A stretch of DNA of 64,000 bases from Myxococcota bacterium (GTDB lineage Bacteria; Myxococcota_A; UBA796; CAJQPC01). The first letter of the stretch is position 1; each line of letters starts with the position of its first letter. This document shows positions 39,272 to 48,409 of the stretch, piece after piece. The notes beneath the pieces are model-generated. The model worked only from the letters and a program-made list of their open reading frames with translations, ran no database searches and was not told the origin of the DNA. The DNA lies in NCBI GenBank assembly GCA_036229005.1, contig JAZAMN010000024.1, forward strand, positions 1-64,000, in the 5' to 3' direction. A program made the position numbers and the translations under genes.

Positions 39272-40414
39272 TCAGCCCTCCAGCACGTCCTTGAGCACCC
39301 GCACCGCCGTCGCCACCTCTTGCGGCGGTGCTGCCGTGAAGCAGAGGCGTACATGGCTGGCGTACTCCTGCCCAAAGCTCGCTCCGGGGGCCAGCAGCAT
39401 CCCGCGCTGGACCAGCGACTCCAGCAGGCCCATCACCCCCTCCGGGCGCTCGCGGACGTCCAGGAACAGGAAGGTGCTGCCCTCGGGCGCTGGGAGCCCC
39501 AGGACCCGCGCCGCGTCGACGCCGGCTGCCTGATAGTGGCGCTTGGCCTTCGCGATCCAAGCGTCCCCTTCGCGCAGCGCGACCAACGCCGCCTCCTGTG
39601 CCGGTCGAGGGGCGCAGTACAGCGCGTGCGTGTGCACCTTGGCCGTCGCCGCCAGGATGTCTTGGGGCCCGCAGAGATAGCCCACCCGTGTGCCCGCCAT
39701 GCCGTAGGCCTTCGAGAAGGTGAACGCGGTGATGGTGCGCTCCGGGGCCCACCTCCCCACGCTCTCGTGCCGCCCGGAGAACACGTAGTTCTCGTAGGTC
39801 TCATCGGAAATCAGCCACAGGTCCAGCTCCCGGGCGAGCGCCGCGATCGCCTGCAGCCACTCCCCAGGGAGCACCCGGCCAGTGGGGTTGCTGGGTGTGG
39901 ACACATACAGCCCCACCGTCCGGGGACCCACCCGCTCCCGGATGCTCTGCACCGCGTCCGCCAGCGAGGTCACCCTGTCGTAGAACGGAACCTCCACCGG
40001 CACGCCATGCGCAAGCTGCACGTGCCCCCGGATCAGGGGCCAGAAGGGCGCCAGGATCGCGACCTCGTCTCCCGGGGAGAGCAGCGCTTGCATCACCTGG
40101 GCGAGCCCCGCGGTGGCCCCGCCGGTCACCAACACCCCCGAGCGCTCCACCATCAGGCCGTTCCGCGCGCGCAGCTTCTCCACCAGCGCGTCCACCAGCG
40201 CCGGCAGGCCCCTGGGCGGCGAGTAGCGGTGCATGCCCGGGTGGTCGGCCGTCTGGAGCGCCTGCGCTTGGGCCGCCGCGAGCGGCTCCATCCAGGTGTC
40301 GCCCACGTGCAGCGGGTAGACCGGCCCGTCGTGGGCGGCCAGGCGCTCCACCAGGTCGGAGTACACGCTGCCAGGGAGCGCGCTCAGGTGCGGCGCGGCG
40401 TGGGGGAAGGGCAT
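39272..40414 (-). CDS. PLP-dependent class I/II aminotransferase
   Basis: VTGGAT, PSNPTG, ISDETY, TFSKAYGMAG.RVGY, VRLCF. Confidence 0.93.
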   Translation of the reverse strand: MPFPHAAPHLSALPGSVYSDLVERLAAHDGPVYPLHVGDTWMEPLAAAQAQALQTADHPGMHRYSPPRGLPALVDALVEKLRARNGLMVERSGVLVTGGATAGLAQVMQALLSPGDEVAILAPFWPLIRGHVQLAHGVPVEVPFYDRVTSLADAVQSIRERVGPRTVGLYVSTPSNPTGRVLPGEWLQAIAALARELDLWLISDETYENYVFSGRHESVGRWAPERTITAFTFSKAYGMAGTRVGYLCGPQDILAATAKVHTHALYCAPRPAQEAALVALREGDAWIAKAKRHYQAAGVDAARVLGLPAPEGSTFLFLDVRERPEGVMGLLESLVQRGMLLAPGASFGQEYASHVRLCFTAAPPQEVATAVRVLKDVLEG

Positions 40415-40426
40415 GGTCTCTCCGGT

Positions 40427-40843
40427 TCAGCGAGGGATGGCGTAGCTGAGGCTGGCCTGGGCCACCGGCCGGTCGTCGCCCACGGAGTAGAGGAGCACGT
40501 CTCCCACCGAGAGGCTGCGGCCCGGCTTGAGCACCCGGCCCACCGCCCGGATGTCGCCCGGGGCGGGCTTCCGCAGGAAGTGGATGTTCGCGTTGGCCGT
40601 CACCGCCATGGCCTGGGGCCCGATGTAGGTCATCGTGGCCAGGTAGAAGGCCAGGTCCGCCGCCCCGAACAGCGAAGGGCCGCTGATGGTTCCGCCCGGG
40701 CGCAGGTTCTCCGAGCCCATGTGGTAGACGATCTCCGCGTTGTGCAGCGACAGCGACGTGATGCTGTAGCGCCCGGTGATCTGGGGGAAGACCCGCTCCA
40801 GCAGCGCGGTGATCTCCTGCGGGTTGGTCTTCATCTGGTTCAC
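40427..40843 (-). CDS. PaaI family hotdog thioesterase
   Basis: LRPGGTISGP.LF..AD, AVTAN.NIHFLRKP. Confidence 0.9.
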   Translation of the reverse strand: MNQMKTNPQEITALLERVFPQITGRYSITSLSLHNAEIVYHMGSENLRPGGTISGPSLFGAADLAFYLATMTYIGPQAMAVTANANIHFLRKPAPGDIRAVGRVLKPGRSLSVGDVLLYSVGDDRPVAQASLSYAIPR

Positions 40844-41718
40844 TGGCCCTCCTGCGCCTTGAGGCAGCTCATCTTCTCGCCCAGGGCGCAGGCCTGCTGG
40901 TGGCTCTCGCGGGCCGCCGAGAGGTCCTTGGGGCCGCCGATCCCCTCCTCCTGGGCCTTGGCCGCCAGCACGCAGGAGCGCCGCGACTTGCTGGCGCAGC
41001 CCCGCTCCAGGTACTCCCGCCCCTTGACCGCGCTGGGCTTCACCCCGGTGCCCTTGTCGTAGAGGGTCGCCAGGTTCAGGCAGGAGTGCCCAAAGCCGCC
41101 CGCGCAGCCCTTCTCCAGCAGCGGCACCGCCCGGCTGGGGTCGGCCTCCACGCCGGTGGCCCCCAACACCAGCATCACCCCGCTCAGATCGCAGCCGGGC
41201 ACCGCGCCCTGGGTGCAGGCGTCCAGCCCCAGCTCAAGCGCCCGCGGCGCATCCTTGGGCGCGCCCACCCCGTCCAGCAGGTGCCGGGCCAGGTTGGCGC
41301 AGGCCAGGGCGTTGCCCCCTTCGCAGGCCTGCTCGAAGAGCCGGGTGCCGCGGACCGGATCGTGCGCCAGCCCCAGATCGCCCAGCGTATAGGCCGTGCC
41401 CAGGTCCGAGCACGCCGCCACCGTCCCCTGGTCGCAGGCGCGCGCGAGGCCCAGGGTCGCGTCGTTCACGTTCTCCGGGAGCACCAGCTCCTGGGGACCG
41501 GCGGGGGGGATGCAGCCCATCTCGTGGCTCACGCTGGAGCGCTTCACCCGGACGGTGCCGTAGCAGCGCTCCTGCGCCCGCTGCGCCTGGAACTCCCAGA
41601 CGTCTTCTTCCCCGTCGGGGCTCACGTGCTCGAGCTCCACCTGGCCCAGCCCCTGGCCCTCCAGGTAGCGGGTCGCCTCGGTCTCGGGGTCGCACGCCAG
41701 CAATGTGAGTAGCAGCAC
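40840..41718 (-). CDS. Sel1-like repeat lipoprotein
   Basis: Lipobox LLAC; repeated AC..G...AC..LG..Y..G.G...D...A units. Confidence 0.88.
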   Translation of the reverse strand: MLLLTLLACDPETEATRYLEGQGLGQVELEHVSPDGEEDVWEFQAQRAQERCYGTVRVKRSSVSHEMGCIPPAGPQELVLPENVNDATLGLARACDQGTVAACSDLGTAYTLGDLGLAHDPVRGTRLFEQACEGGNALACANLARHLLDGVGAPKDAPRALELGLDACTQGAVPGCDLSGVMLVLGATGVEADPSRAVPLLEKGCAGGFGHSCLNLATLYDKGTGVKPSAVKGREYLERGCASKSRRSCVLAAKAQEEGIGGPKDLSAARESHQQACALGEKMSCLKAQEGQ

Positions 41719-41744
41719 TGGGCCTCCTGTGCCTATTGTGCCCC

Positions 41745-43442
41745 ATGCTCCTGCTATCCCTTCTCGCCTGCGGCGGGGACCTGCGCGGCCCCCTCAAGTC
41801 CACCCTCCTGTCCGCCGAGGCCCTGGCCCCCAACCGGGCCCAGCTCAGCTTCTGGCTCCGCGACGCGGACGGCCTGGGGGTGGACGACTGGTCCCCGGAT
41901 GAGCTCAGCCTGGAGGTCGAGGGGGAGTTGGTGGACGCCAGCTTCGTGCCCACCTCCGAGCGCGACCTGCGCACCCCATGGATCCTGCTGCTGGATGTCA
42001 GCGAGGACGGGGATCTGCAGGCCACCTTCGACGTGGCCCAGGCGCTGCTGGACGCCCGGGAGCCTGGCCAACCCGCACAGATCCTGGCCTTCGCCGATGG
42101 CGTCGAGACCCTCAGCCCCCTGACCAGCGACGGGGAGACGCTCCAGGCGGCCCTGGACGGCTTCAGTGCGATGGGACCCACCACAAACCTCCGGGACGCC
42201 GTGCTGGTCTCGCTGGGGGAGTGGGAGGACTCGTTGCTCGCGAACACCGGTCTACAACGCGGTGTGCTGGTGGTGGTGTCCGACGGCGGGCAGGGACCGG
42301 ATCCGACCACCAGCGAGGACATCGCGGCGGCGGCCGGGGACAAGGCCATCGTGGGCGTGGATCTGGGGGCCGGGAAGGACCTGGAGGTCCTGGCCACCGC
42401 GGGCGTGGCGCAGGACGCGGCGGGGGCCGTGGAGCTGGTGCAGCGGGCCAGCGGTGCGGTCATTGTGGCCACCTGGTGCAGCGACGCGGACGCCGACTTT
42501 GTGTTTGGTGTGGACTTTCGGCGCGGTCGGCTGCGCAGCTCCTTCACAGGCACCATCCCCGCCTCCGGCTTCGGCGCGGTGGGGCTGGAGAACACAAACC
42601 CTCTGCCCGAGCCCATCCGGGACCTCAACGGGGTGATCCTTGGCGACTGGCTGATCGTGGGAGGTGGAGACGCCGACGGCTCCACCTACAGCGCGCCCAT
42701 CCTGCCCGATGGCCGCCTGGGCCACTGGCGCACCGGCGCACAGATCCCCAGCGGCGAGAACACCCGGATGCACGGCGTCGGCGAGAGTCTGTACGCGGTG
42801 AACGGGGACCAGGCCTGGGTGTCCTCGCTGGTGGATGGGGTCGTACAGAGTTGGGAGGAGATGGAGTCACCGGGGTATGCCAACCAGCTCCGCAGCGACG
42901 ACAGCAGCCTCTACTCCATCGCCCGACAGAGGGTGTTCCAGGCCAGCGCAGGTGGGGGCGCTGTGGGCGCGTGGTCTGTGTCTGAAGACATCCCGGAGGG
43001 GGGGCTGGACAACTACGTGGGCGGCGGCATCGCCGGCGGGACTCTGTACGTGGTCGGCTCCTGGCGCAGCGGGCCGGGGGAGGCCTGGGAGAGCCGCGGC
43101 TGGTTCACCGACGCACAGTCCATGGACGCGTGGACGGAGCTCACCCTGCCCGGCGGCTACCTGGGCACCTGGCTGTCTGTGGCGGATGACGGCGAGCGCC
43201 TGCTGCTCCTGCCGGGCTCCGACGCGGACGACCGCCGCATCTGGATCGGCACACCCGACACAGACGGTCAGCTCCTGTGGGAGGAGGGACCCTCGCTGGC
43301 AATGGAGCGGGACGCATACTCCGCCGCGATGGATGAGCAGGGTCGCATCTATCTGCACGGTGGCGAGAGCGAGGACGGTCTGTTGCAGGTCGGGGTGCGC
43401 GGGCGTCTGGGCGAGGAGGGCCTGGAGTTGGTCTGTGAGTGA
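41745..43442 (+). CDS. Lipoprotein with VWA domain and Kelch-like propeller
   Basis: Lipobox LLAC; LLLDVS, TNLRDAV, VVVSDG; LIVGG/LYVVG/IYLHGG repeats. Confidence 0.75.
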   Translation: MLLLSLLACGGDLRGPLKSTLLSAEALAPNRAQLSFWLRDADGLGVDDWSPDELSLEVEGELVDASFVPTSERDLRTPWILLLDVSEDGDLQATFDVAQALLDAREPGQPAQILAFADGVETLSPLTSDGETLQAALDGFSAMGPTTNLRDAVLVSLGEWEDSLLANTGLQRGVLVVVSDGGQGPDPTTSEDIAAAAGDKAIVGVDLGAGKDLEVLATAGVAQDAAGAVELVQRASGAVIVATWCSDADADFVFGVDFRRGRLRSSFTGTIPASGFGAVGLENTNPLPEPIRDLNGVILGDWLIVGGGDADGSTYSAPILPDGRLGHWRTGAQIPSGENTRMHGVGESLYAVNGDQAWVSSLVDGVVQSWEEMESPGYANQLRSDDSSLYSIARQRVFQASAGGGAVGAWSVSEDIPEGGLDNYVGGGIAGGTLYVVGSWRSGPGEAWESRGWFTDAQSMDAWTELTLPGGYLGTWLSVADDGERLLLLPGSDADDRRIWIGTPDTDGQLLWEEGPSLAMERDAYSAAMDEQGRIYLHGGESEDGLLQVGVRGRLGEEGLELVCE

Positions 43443-43445
43443 GGC

Positions 43446-44414
43446 TCAGCGGCCCTGCAGGTCACACCCGGGGATCTGTATCCGTGTTCGACGCTCCCCG
43501 TCGGCGTGGCCGCAGCGCACCTGTGTGAGGTCGGCGTCGGCGTAGCAGCAGTGGGACAGCATGCAGAGTCCCGGCCCCTGCAGCGGCAGGGGGTGCTCCC
43601 ATCCCTGCCGTCCGGTGCAGCTCATCTCTGTACCGTGTTGGATGCATGCGCCGGGCTGGGCGCCCATCGCGCCCAGGAGCGCGCCGGCCTTGGGGGTGTG
43701 TTGCCAGGGGGCGGCTGGGCGCTTCTTCTCACAGTCCGAGTCGGGGAGGCAGAAGTACATCGGGGCGCCGATGCAGGTGACCTGCCCGTCTGGTCCTGTC
43801 CCACACAGAGTGGACTGGCTGAGGCTCAGGTCGCGCAGCGGTTGGTCCAGGCTGGGGGGCTCCATGTCCAGGATGAAGCCACCCCGGCACGCGGTCGCCT
43901 CGTCGTTTGACGAGCAGAGCACGCTGTCGCTGCCGATGACCTCGCTGGCGCCAGGGAGCAGCTCTGTGTTCCATCCCTCGCAGGACCAGCCCGACGCGGT
44001 GTGCATGCAGACCTGCATGGGGCCCAGGACCACGCGGTCCACGGGAGCGTCCATCTGGAAGGCAGGCAGGTGCACGGGGTCGTCGTCGTCGATCTCCCGG
44101 CGCCACTTGCAGTGCACAGTCGCTGGGCTGGCGGCGAGCACGTAGCAAGCGCCGGAGGGGTTCCCGTCCCCGGTCAGCACCGGTTGGTCGGTCAAAAGAC
44201 CCAGGGGCGCCGGGTCGTCGGGGGGGACGTGCTCGTCGCAGCGGGCGCCCCCCGGACCAAACACACACCACCCATAACCGTGGTCATAGGCGAGCTCGCT
44301 CCAGCAGGCACGTCCGCGGTCGGGGGGCGGTGGGGTGGGGCGGGCGGCCTGGGGGACGGGCTGCAGCTCAGGGGCCGCGGGGCCCAGATCGCAGGCGAGC
44401 ATCAGGAGCAGCAT
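43446..44414 (-). CDS. Cys-rich lipoprotein with RCC1-like repeats
   Basis: Lipobox MLAC; repeated C........V.C.G units. Confidence 0.65.
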   Translation of the reverse strand: MLLLMLACDLGPAAPELQPVPQAARPTPPPPDRGRACWSELAYDHGYGWCVFGPGGARCDEHVPPDDPAPLGLLTDQPVLTGDGNPSGACYVLAASPATVHCKWRREIDDDDPVHLPAFQMDAPVDRVVLGPMQVCMHTASGWSCEGWNTELLPGASEVIGSDSVLCSSNDEATACRGGFILDMEPPSLDQPLRDLSLSQSTLCGTGPDGQVTCIGAPMYFCLPDSDCEKKRPAAPWQHTPKAGALLGAMGAQPGACIQHGTEMSCTGRQGWEHPLPLQGPGLCMLSHCCYADADLTQVRCGHADGERRTRIQIPGCDLQGR

Positions 44415-44447
44415 CGGGAGTCCGTGTCAGGTGGGGGAGGCTGTCTC

Positions 44448-45557
44448 TCAGGCCAGCGACGGCGCCTCCAGGCTGGCCAGCTTGCGCTCCCCCTGTCCGA
44501 TACGCTCGCACAACTCATCCAGCAGGTCGAAGAGCATCTGGTTGTCCCGGGGGGTGTAGTCCATCAGCGCCTGCTGGTAGTCGTCCAGACGGGACAGCCA
44601 GTCCTCGACGATGCCGCGGTTCAACAGAGGGGAGAAGGCCCCGTAGCCCAGAGAGGTGAGGTAGCGTGCGTTGAGTTGCTGTTCGTATTGCCCCTTCAAG
44701 GGCACGCTGAGCATGGGCACCCGCAGGTGGACAGCCTCGCCCATGAGACTGTATCCCCCGCCGGCGATCACTCCGCGGGCGGTGCGCAGGTCGTCGATGA
44801 AGCCCTGCTCAGAGAAGCTGCGTAGCGTACAGTTCCCGAGCTGCTCGTCCCGGTTGAGGCCGTAGACGCGGAAAGGCAGGTCCAGGGACTGTAGGACAGG
44901 CAGGAGCTGCTGGTTGGCGTCGGCGGTCTGGTAGACCAGGATGTGTTCGCCAGGCTCTCTGTGTGCGGACAGGATCTCCGGGCGCAGGATGGGCGGGACC
45001 AGGGTGGTGCGCTTCTTGCGGATGGGCGGCGTGAAGAAGGTGGTGATCAGGTAGTGGTCGCAGCGGGGCAGCTTGGACTTGACCGCCAGCCGGGCCAGGC
45101 GGAAGTCTGGGTGACCGCCATCTGTGATGAATGGGCTGTGCTTGCAGCGGTTGATGATCTGCATGTTGTCCAGGCTGATCACCGGCACCTTGTGGCGGCG
45201 GGCGTAGGCGTGGCTCCAGCTCTCGAAGTCGGAGATCACCAGCTCGGGGTGGTAGTCCCCCAGGTGCTGTCTGTAGGCGCTCAGGTTCTGTACGATGCCC
45301 GCGCGCGCGCCCTGGAGGTTGGACAGCAGGGAGCGGCCCTTTCGCACCCGGTTGTCCGAGTAGACCATGTGCAGCCCGGTGATCTCATCAATGCGCAGGC
45401 CGGGGCGATCCCCCAGGCGCTCGGTGAGGAAGCGGTGCGCGCGACCGCTGACCACGACGCGGACTGTGTGAGACTGTGAGAGCAGGTGCTCGATCACCAC
45501 CCGGGACCGGGTGGCGTGGCCCATGCCTTCGCCGACGACGCCATAGAGGATTCTCAT
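44448..45557 (-). CDS. Glycosyltransferase, MJ1255/VC2487 family
   Basis: ILYGVVGEGMGHATRS, VISDFE, GGYSLMGEA, PLKGQYEQ..NA.YL. Confidence 0.9.
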   Translation of the reverse strand: MRILYGVVGEGMGHATRSRVVIEHLLSQSHTVRVVVSGRAHRFLTERLGDRPGLRIDEITGLHMVYSDNRVRKGRSLLSNLQGARAGIVQNLSAYRQHLGDYHPELVISDFESWSHAYARRHKVPVISLDNMQIINRCKHSPFITDGGHPDFRLARLAVKSKLPRCDHYLITTFFTPPIRKKRTTLVPPILRPEILSAHREPGEHILVYQTADANQQLLPVLQSLDLPFRVYGLNRDEQLGNCTLRSFSEQGFIDDLRTARGVIAGGGYSLMGEAVHLRVPMLSVPLKGQYEQQLNARYLTSLGYGAFSPLLNRGIVEDWLSRLDDYQQALMDYTPRDNQMLFDLLDELCERIGQGERKLASLEAPSLA

Positions 45558-45590
45558 GGGCGGAGTGTACCGCCCTTTGCGCCGGGGAAC

Positions 45591-46919
45591 TCAGAAGCCC
45601 AGGCCCAGGCTCTCCAGAGAGACCACGCCGGTGGAGGGGGCTTGCTCCTGGTAGCCGAGCTCGCGCAGCATGGGGCCGGCCTGGCGCTCGATGGCGTCCA
45701 GATCCTGGGGCTCCAGAGTCTGTGTCCAGGTGAGGTTGGCGCTGCGGTAGATGGGCTGGGCGGCCTCCAGGCTGCTGGTCTCCCCCAGAGGGAAGTCCTG
45801 CTTGGCCAGGTGGTGCTCCAACACAGCGGGCTCCCAGGGCTCGTTCAGCCAGGCCAGGACGCGACGCATGGTGGCTTCGGGCTGGTGGACCAGGTCTTCG
45901 TACCGGACCTCCAGGTAGCGGCCGTCGCCCGGGTCCTGCTGGCGGATCTGTTGGATGTTGGCGGCCCAGTAGCGGGCGGCGTTCTCGACGCTCTCGCAGT
46001 ACCACACAGACTCGCCGGACTGGGGGTCGCTCCAGTTGACCTTCATCAGGCTGTTCACGACGGCGCGGCCGTCCCGGATGACGTGGATGAAGCGGCCGCG
46101 GGGGAAGATGCGGGCCAGGGTCTTCATGTGGAGGAGGTTGCCGGGGGTCTTCTCGGCCACCCGGGGTGCACCGCTCCCCCAATCGGCCATCAGCGAATCG
46201 ATGAAGGCTTTGGTGGCCCGGTCGAGGTGCTGCGTGGTGACGCCGGCCTGGTGGGTGGCGGTGCGGTCCCAGCGGGCGTGCATGGCACACAGATCCCGGA
46301 TGACCTTGGTCTCGGGGCCGGCGTGGAAGCGGGAGTGGGCGTTGAGCATGGCGCGGAACAGGGTGGTGCCGCTGCGGGGGCAGCCGCCGATGAACACCCA
46401 GGGGGCGGCGTCGGGGAGCTCGGCCTCCATGTGGGTGAGGACGGCCTCGACCTGCTGGGCCATCTGGGGGGCGATGGCGTGGGCGCGGGCGGAGTGCAGG
46501 GACTCGACGATGGCGATCTGGCCCAGGTTCACCAGGTTGCGCACCAGCGCGTCGATGTCGATGGGCTCCCGGGGCTCGCTGGTCAGGGGGACACCCTTGG
46601 CCAGAGCGTAGAGCAGGGGCTCGCCGTCGCCTTGGGGGGTGGGCTCGCCGGCGTAGCAGCTCAGGCGCACCAGCAGGTTGGGGTCGACCACGCCCGCGTC
46701 GTGGCTGGCCTGGATGAGGGCGGGGAGCGCCTCCAGATCCCCCATGGCCTCGGCGCAGAGGGCGGCCAGATGCCAGGCGCCGGAGGGCGGGGTTTCGGTG
46801 GCCAACAGGGGCGTCAGGGCTTCGGCGGCCTCCTGCAGCTTGCGCTGGGCGAAGAGGGCGCGGGCGGTGGCGAGGGGATCGGACATGACGTCTCCAGCGA
46901 TGTCGGTCCATCGGTCCAC
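45591..46919 (-). CDS. Sulfotransferase (TPST-like) with N-terminal TPR-like region
   Basis: FIGGCPRSGTTL (5'-PSB), EKTP, IRDGRAVVNS (3'-PB), RYEDLV..P, MLRELGY; start may be 46887. Confidence 0.9.
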   Translation of the reverse strand: MDRWTDIAGDVMSDPLATARALFAQRKLQEAAEALTPLLATETPPSGAWHLAALCAEAMGDLEALPALIQASHDAGVVDPNLLVRLSCYAGEPTPQGDGEPLLYALAKGVPLTSEPREPIDIDALVRNLVNLGQIAIVESLHSARAHAIAPQMAQQVEAVLTHMEAELPDAAPWVFIGGCPRSGTTLFRAMLNAHSRFHAGPETKVIRDLCAMHARWDRTATHQAGVTTQHLDRATKAFIDSLMADWGSGAPRVAEKTPGNLLHMKTLARIFPRGRFIHVIRDGRAVVNSLMKVNWSDPQSGESVWYCESVENAARYWAANIQQIRQQDPGDGRYLEVRYEDLVHQPEATMRRVLAWLNEPWEPAVLEHHLAKQDFPLGETSSLEAAQPIYRSANLTWTQTLEPQDLDAIERQAGPMLRELGYQEQAPSTGVVSLESLGLGF

Positions 46920-46984
46920 GATCCCTGGGCTTTAGGCTCAACCGCGATCGGATCGGTCCGAAGGGGCTCACAAGGAGTCTGCCC

Positions 46985-48403
46985 ATGCTGGCCCGCATCT
47001 ACCCGCGCCTGACCCAAGGTGGCGCTGAGACCGAGATCCTGCACCTGCTCCAGGCCTGGCCGGGGACGCGGATGGTGGTCACCCACCTGGCGGGGGCGCG
47101 GGCGGACGAAGCCCAGCACTGGTGCGAGCTCCAGGTGCTCTCTGCCGGGCGCCGCTGGGAGTCGCTGGTGGAGTCGATGGAGGGTGTGCACACCGCGCAC
47201 CTGCACTGCATCAACCACCACCTGGCCCCGGCGCTGATGGCGCAGGTGGCGGGCGTGCCGCGCATCCTCCAGACGGTGCACAACGCCTTCGCACCGGAGA
47301 GCGCGGTGCTGGTGGACCACCAGATCGTGCCCAGCGCGGCGGTGGCGGGGATGCAGGACGAGCCGACGCTGTCCACGGTGGTGCCGAGCGGGGTGCCGGT
47401 GCCCAAGGAGCTGCCGCCCTTCCGGCCCTGGTACAAGGCGCACCGGCGGCCGCGGCTGATCGAGGTGCGGCGGGAGGACAAGGAGATGGCCTTCTCGCTG
47501 GTGGAGCTGGTGGAGTCCGGCGCGCTGGGGGAGGTCGAGCTCTGGGTGGTCGGGGTCGAGGGCCAGAGCTGTGGGCGGGTCCGCTACTTTGGGCAGGTCA
47601 GCGAGCCGGCCAAGCTGATCCGGCGCTGCGATGTGCTGGTCCACGCGTCGGGGGCGGAGAGCTACGGCCGCACGCCGCGGGAGGCGATGGCCGAGGGGGT
47701 GGTCGCTGCGGTCACGGCGCTGCCGCCCTTTGTGGAGGCCTTCGGCGATGAGGACGTGAGCTTCCTGCCCTCGGAGCCGGCGGGCGCCGCGCGGGTGCTC
47801 AAGGAGCTGCTGGCGCGCCTGGAGGCGGACGAGCACGCCCACGTCTCGACGCGCATCCGAAACCACACCCGGGTCGCGGCGCGGGAGTCGGTGGAGGTCA
47901 TGGTGGAGGCCCACCGACGGCTCTACTCGTGGAACTCGGCGCGGGACCGGCTGATCGAGCCCGGTGAGCTGCCGGACCCGGTGTCTACCGGAGGCAGGCT
48001 GGGGCGGATGCTGGACGGCGGGACGCCCGGTGACCTGCGGGACTATGGCCCCGCCGAGCAGGCGCTGAGCCTCTGGGTGCTGGTGCAGCAGGGGCGGCTG
48101 TCGGAGCGGCAGGTGCTGCCGGCGCTGGAGCGGGCCAACGGGCTGCTGCCCAACCGCTTCGCGATCCTGCGGGACCTGGGGCTCGCCCAGCTCAAGGCGA
48201 GGCGCTTTGGTGCAGCCCAGCGCAGCCTGGAGGAGGCCTGCGCCATCCGGCCGGCCTCGCGCTCGGCGTGGATGCTGCGCACCGAGGCGACCCTGAGCGC
48301 GCTGGGGCCCCGGGCCGCCGAGGTGGTGGTCCAGGCCGGCCTGGAACAGACCCAGGCGGCGGAGCTGTGGCGGCTGGGCGAGCGCTTGCGCCAGGTCGCC
48401 TGA
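46985..48403 (+). CDS. GT4-like glycosyltransferase with C-terminal TPR
   Basis: GGAE, TVHN, DVLVHAS..ESYG....EAMA.G; AGGAG SD. Confidence 0.8.
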   Translation: MLARIYPRLTQGGAETEILHLLQAWPGTRMVVTHLAGARADEAQHWCELQVLSAGRRWESLVESMEGVHTAHLHCINHHLAPALMAQVAGVPRILQTVHNAFAPESAVLVDHQIVPSAAVAGMQDEPTLSTVVPSGVPVPKELPPFRPWYKAHRRPRLIEVRREDKEMAFSLVELVESGALGEVELWVVGVEGQSCGRVRYFGQVSEPAKLIRRCDVLVHASGAESYGRTPREAMAEGVVAAVTALPPFVEAFGDEDVSFLPSEPAGAARVLKELLARLEADEHAHVSTRIRNHTRVAARESVEVMVEAHRRLYSWNSARDRLIEPGELPDPVSTGGRLGRMLDGGTPGDLRDYGPAEQALSLWVLVQQGRLSERQVLPALERANGLLPNRFAILRDLGLAQLKARRFGAAQRSLEEACAIRPASRSAWMLRTEATLSALGPRAAEVVVQAGLEQTQAAELWRLGERLRQVA

Positions 48404-48409
48404 CGGGGG

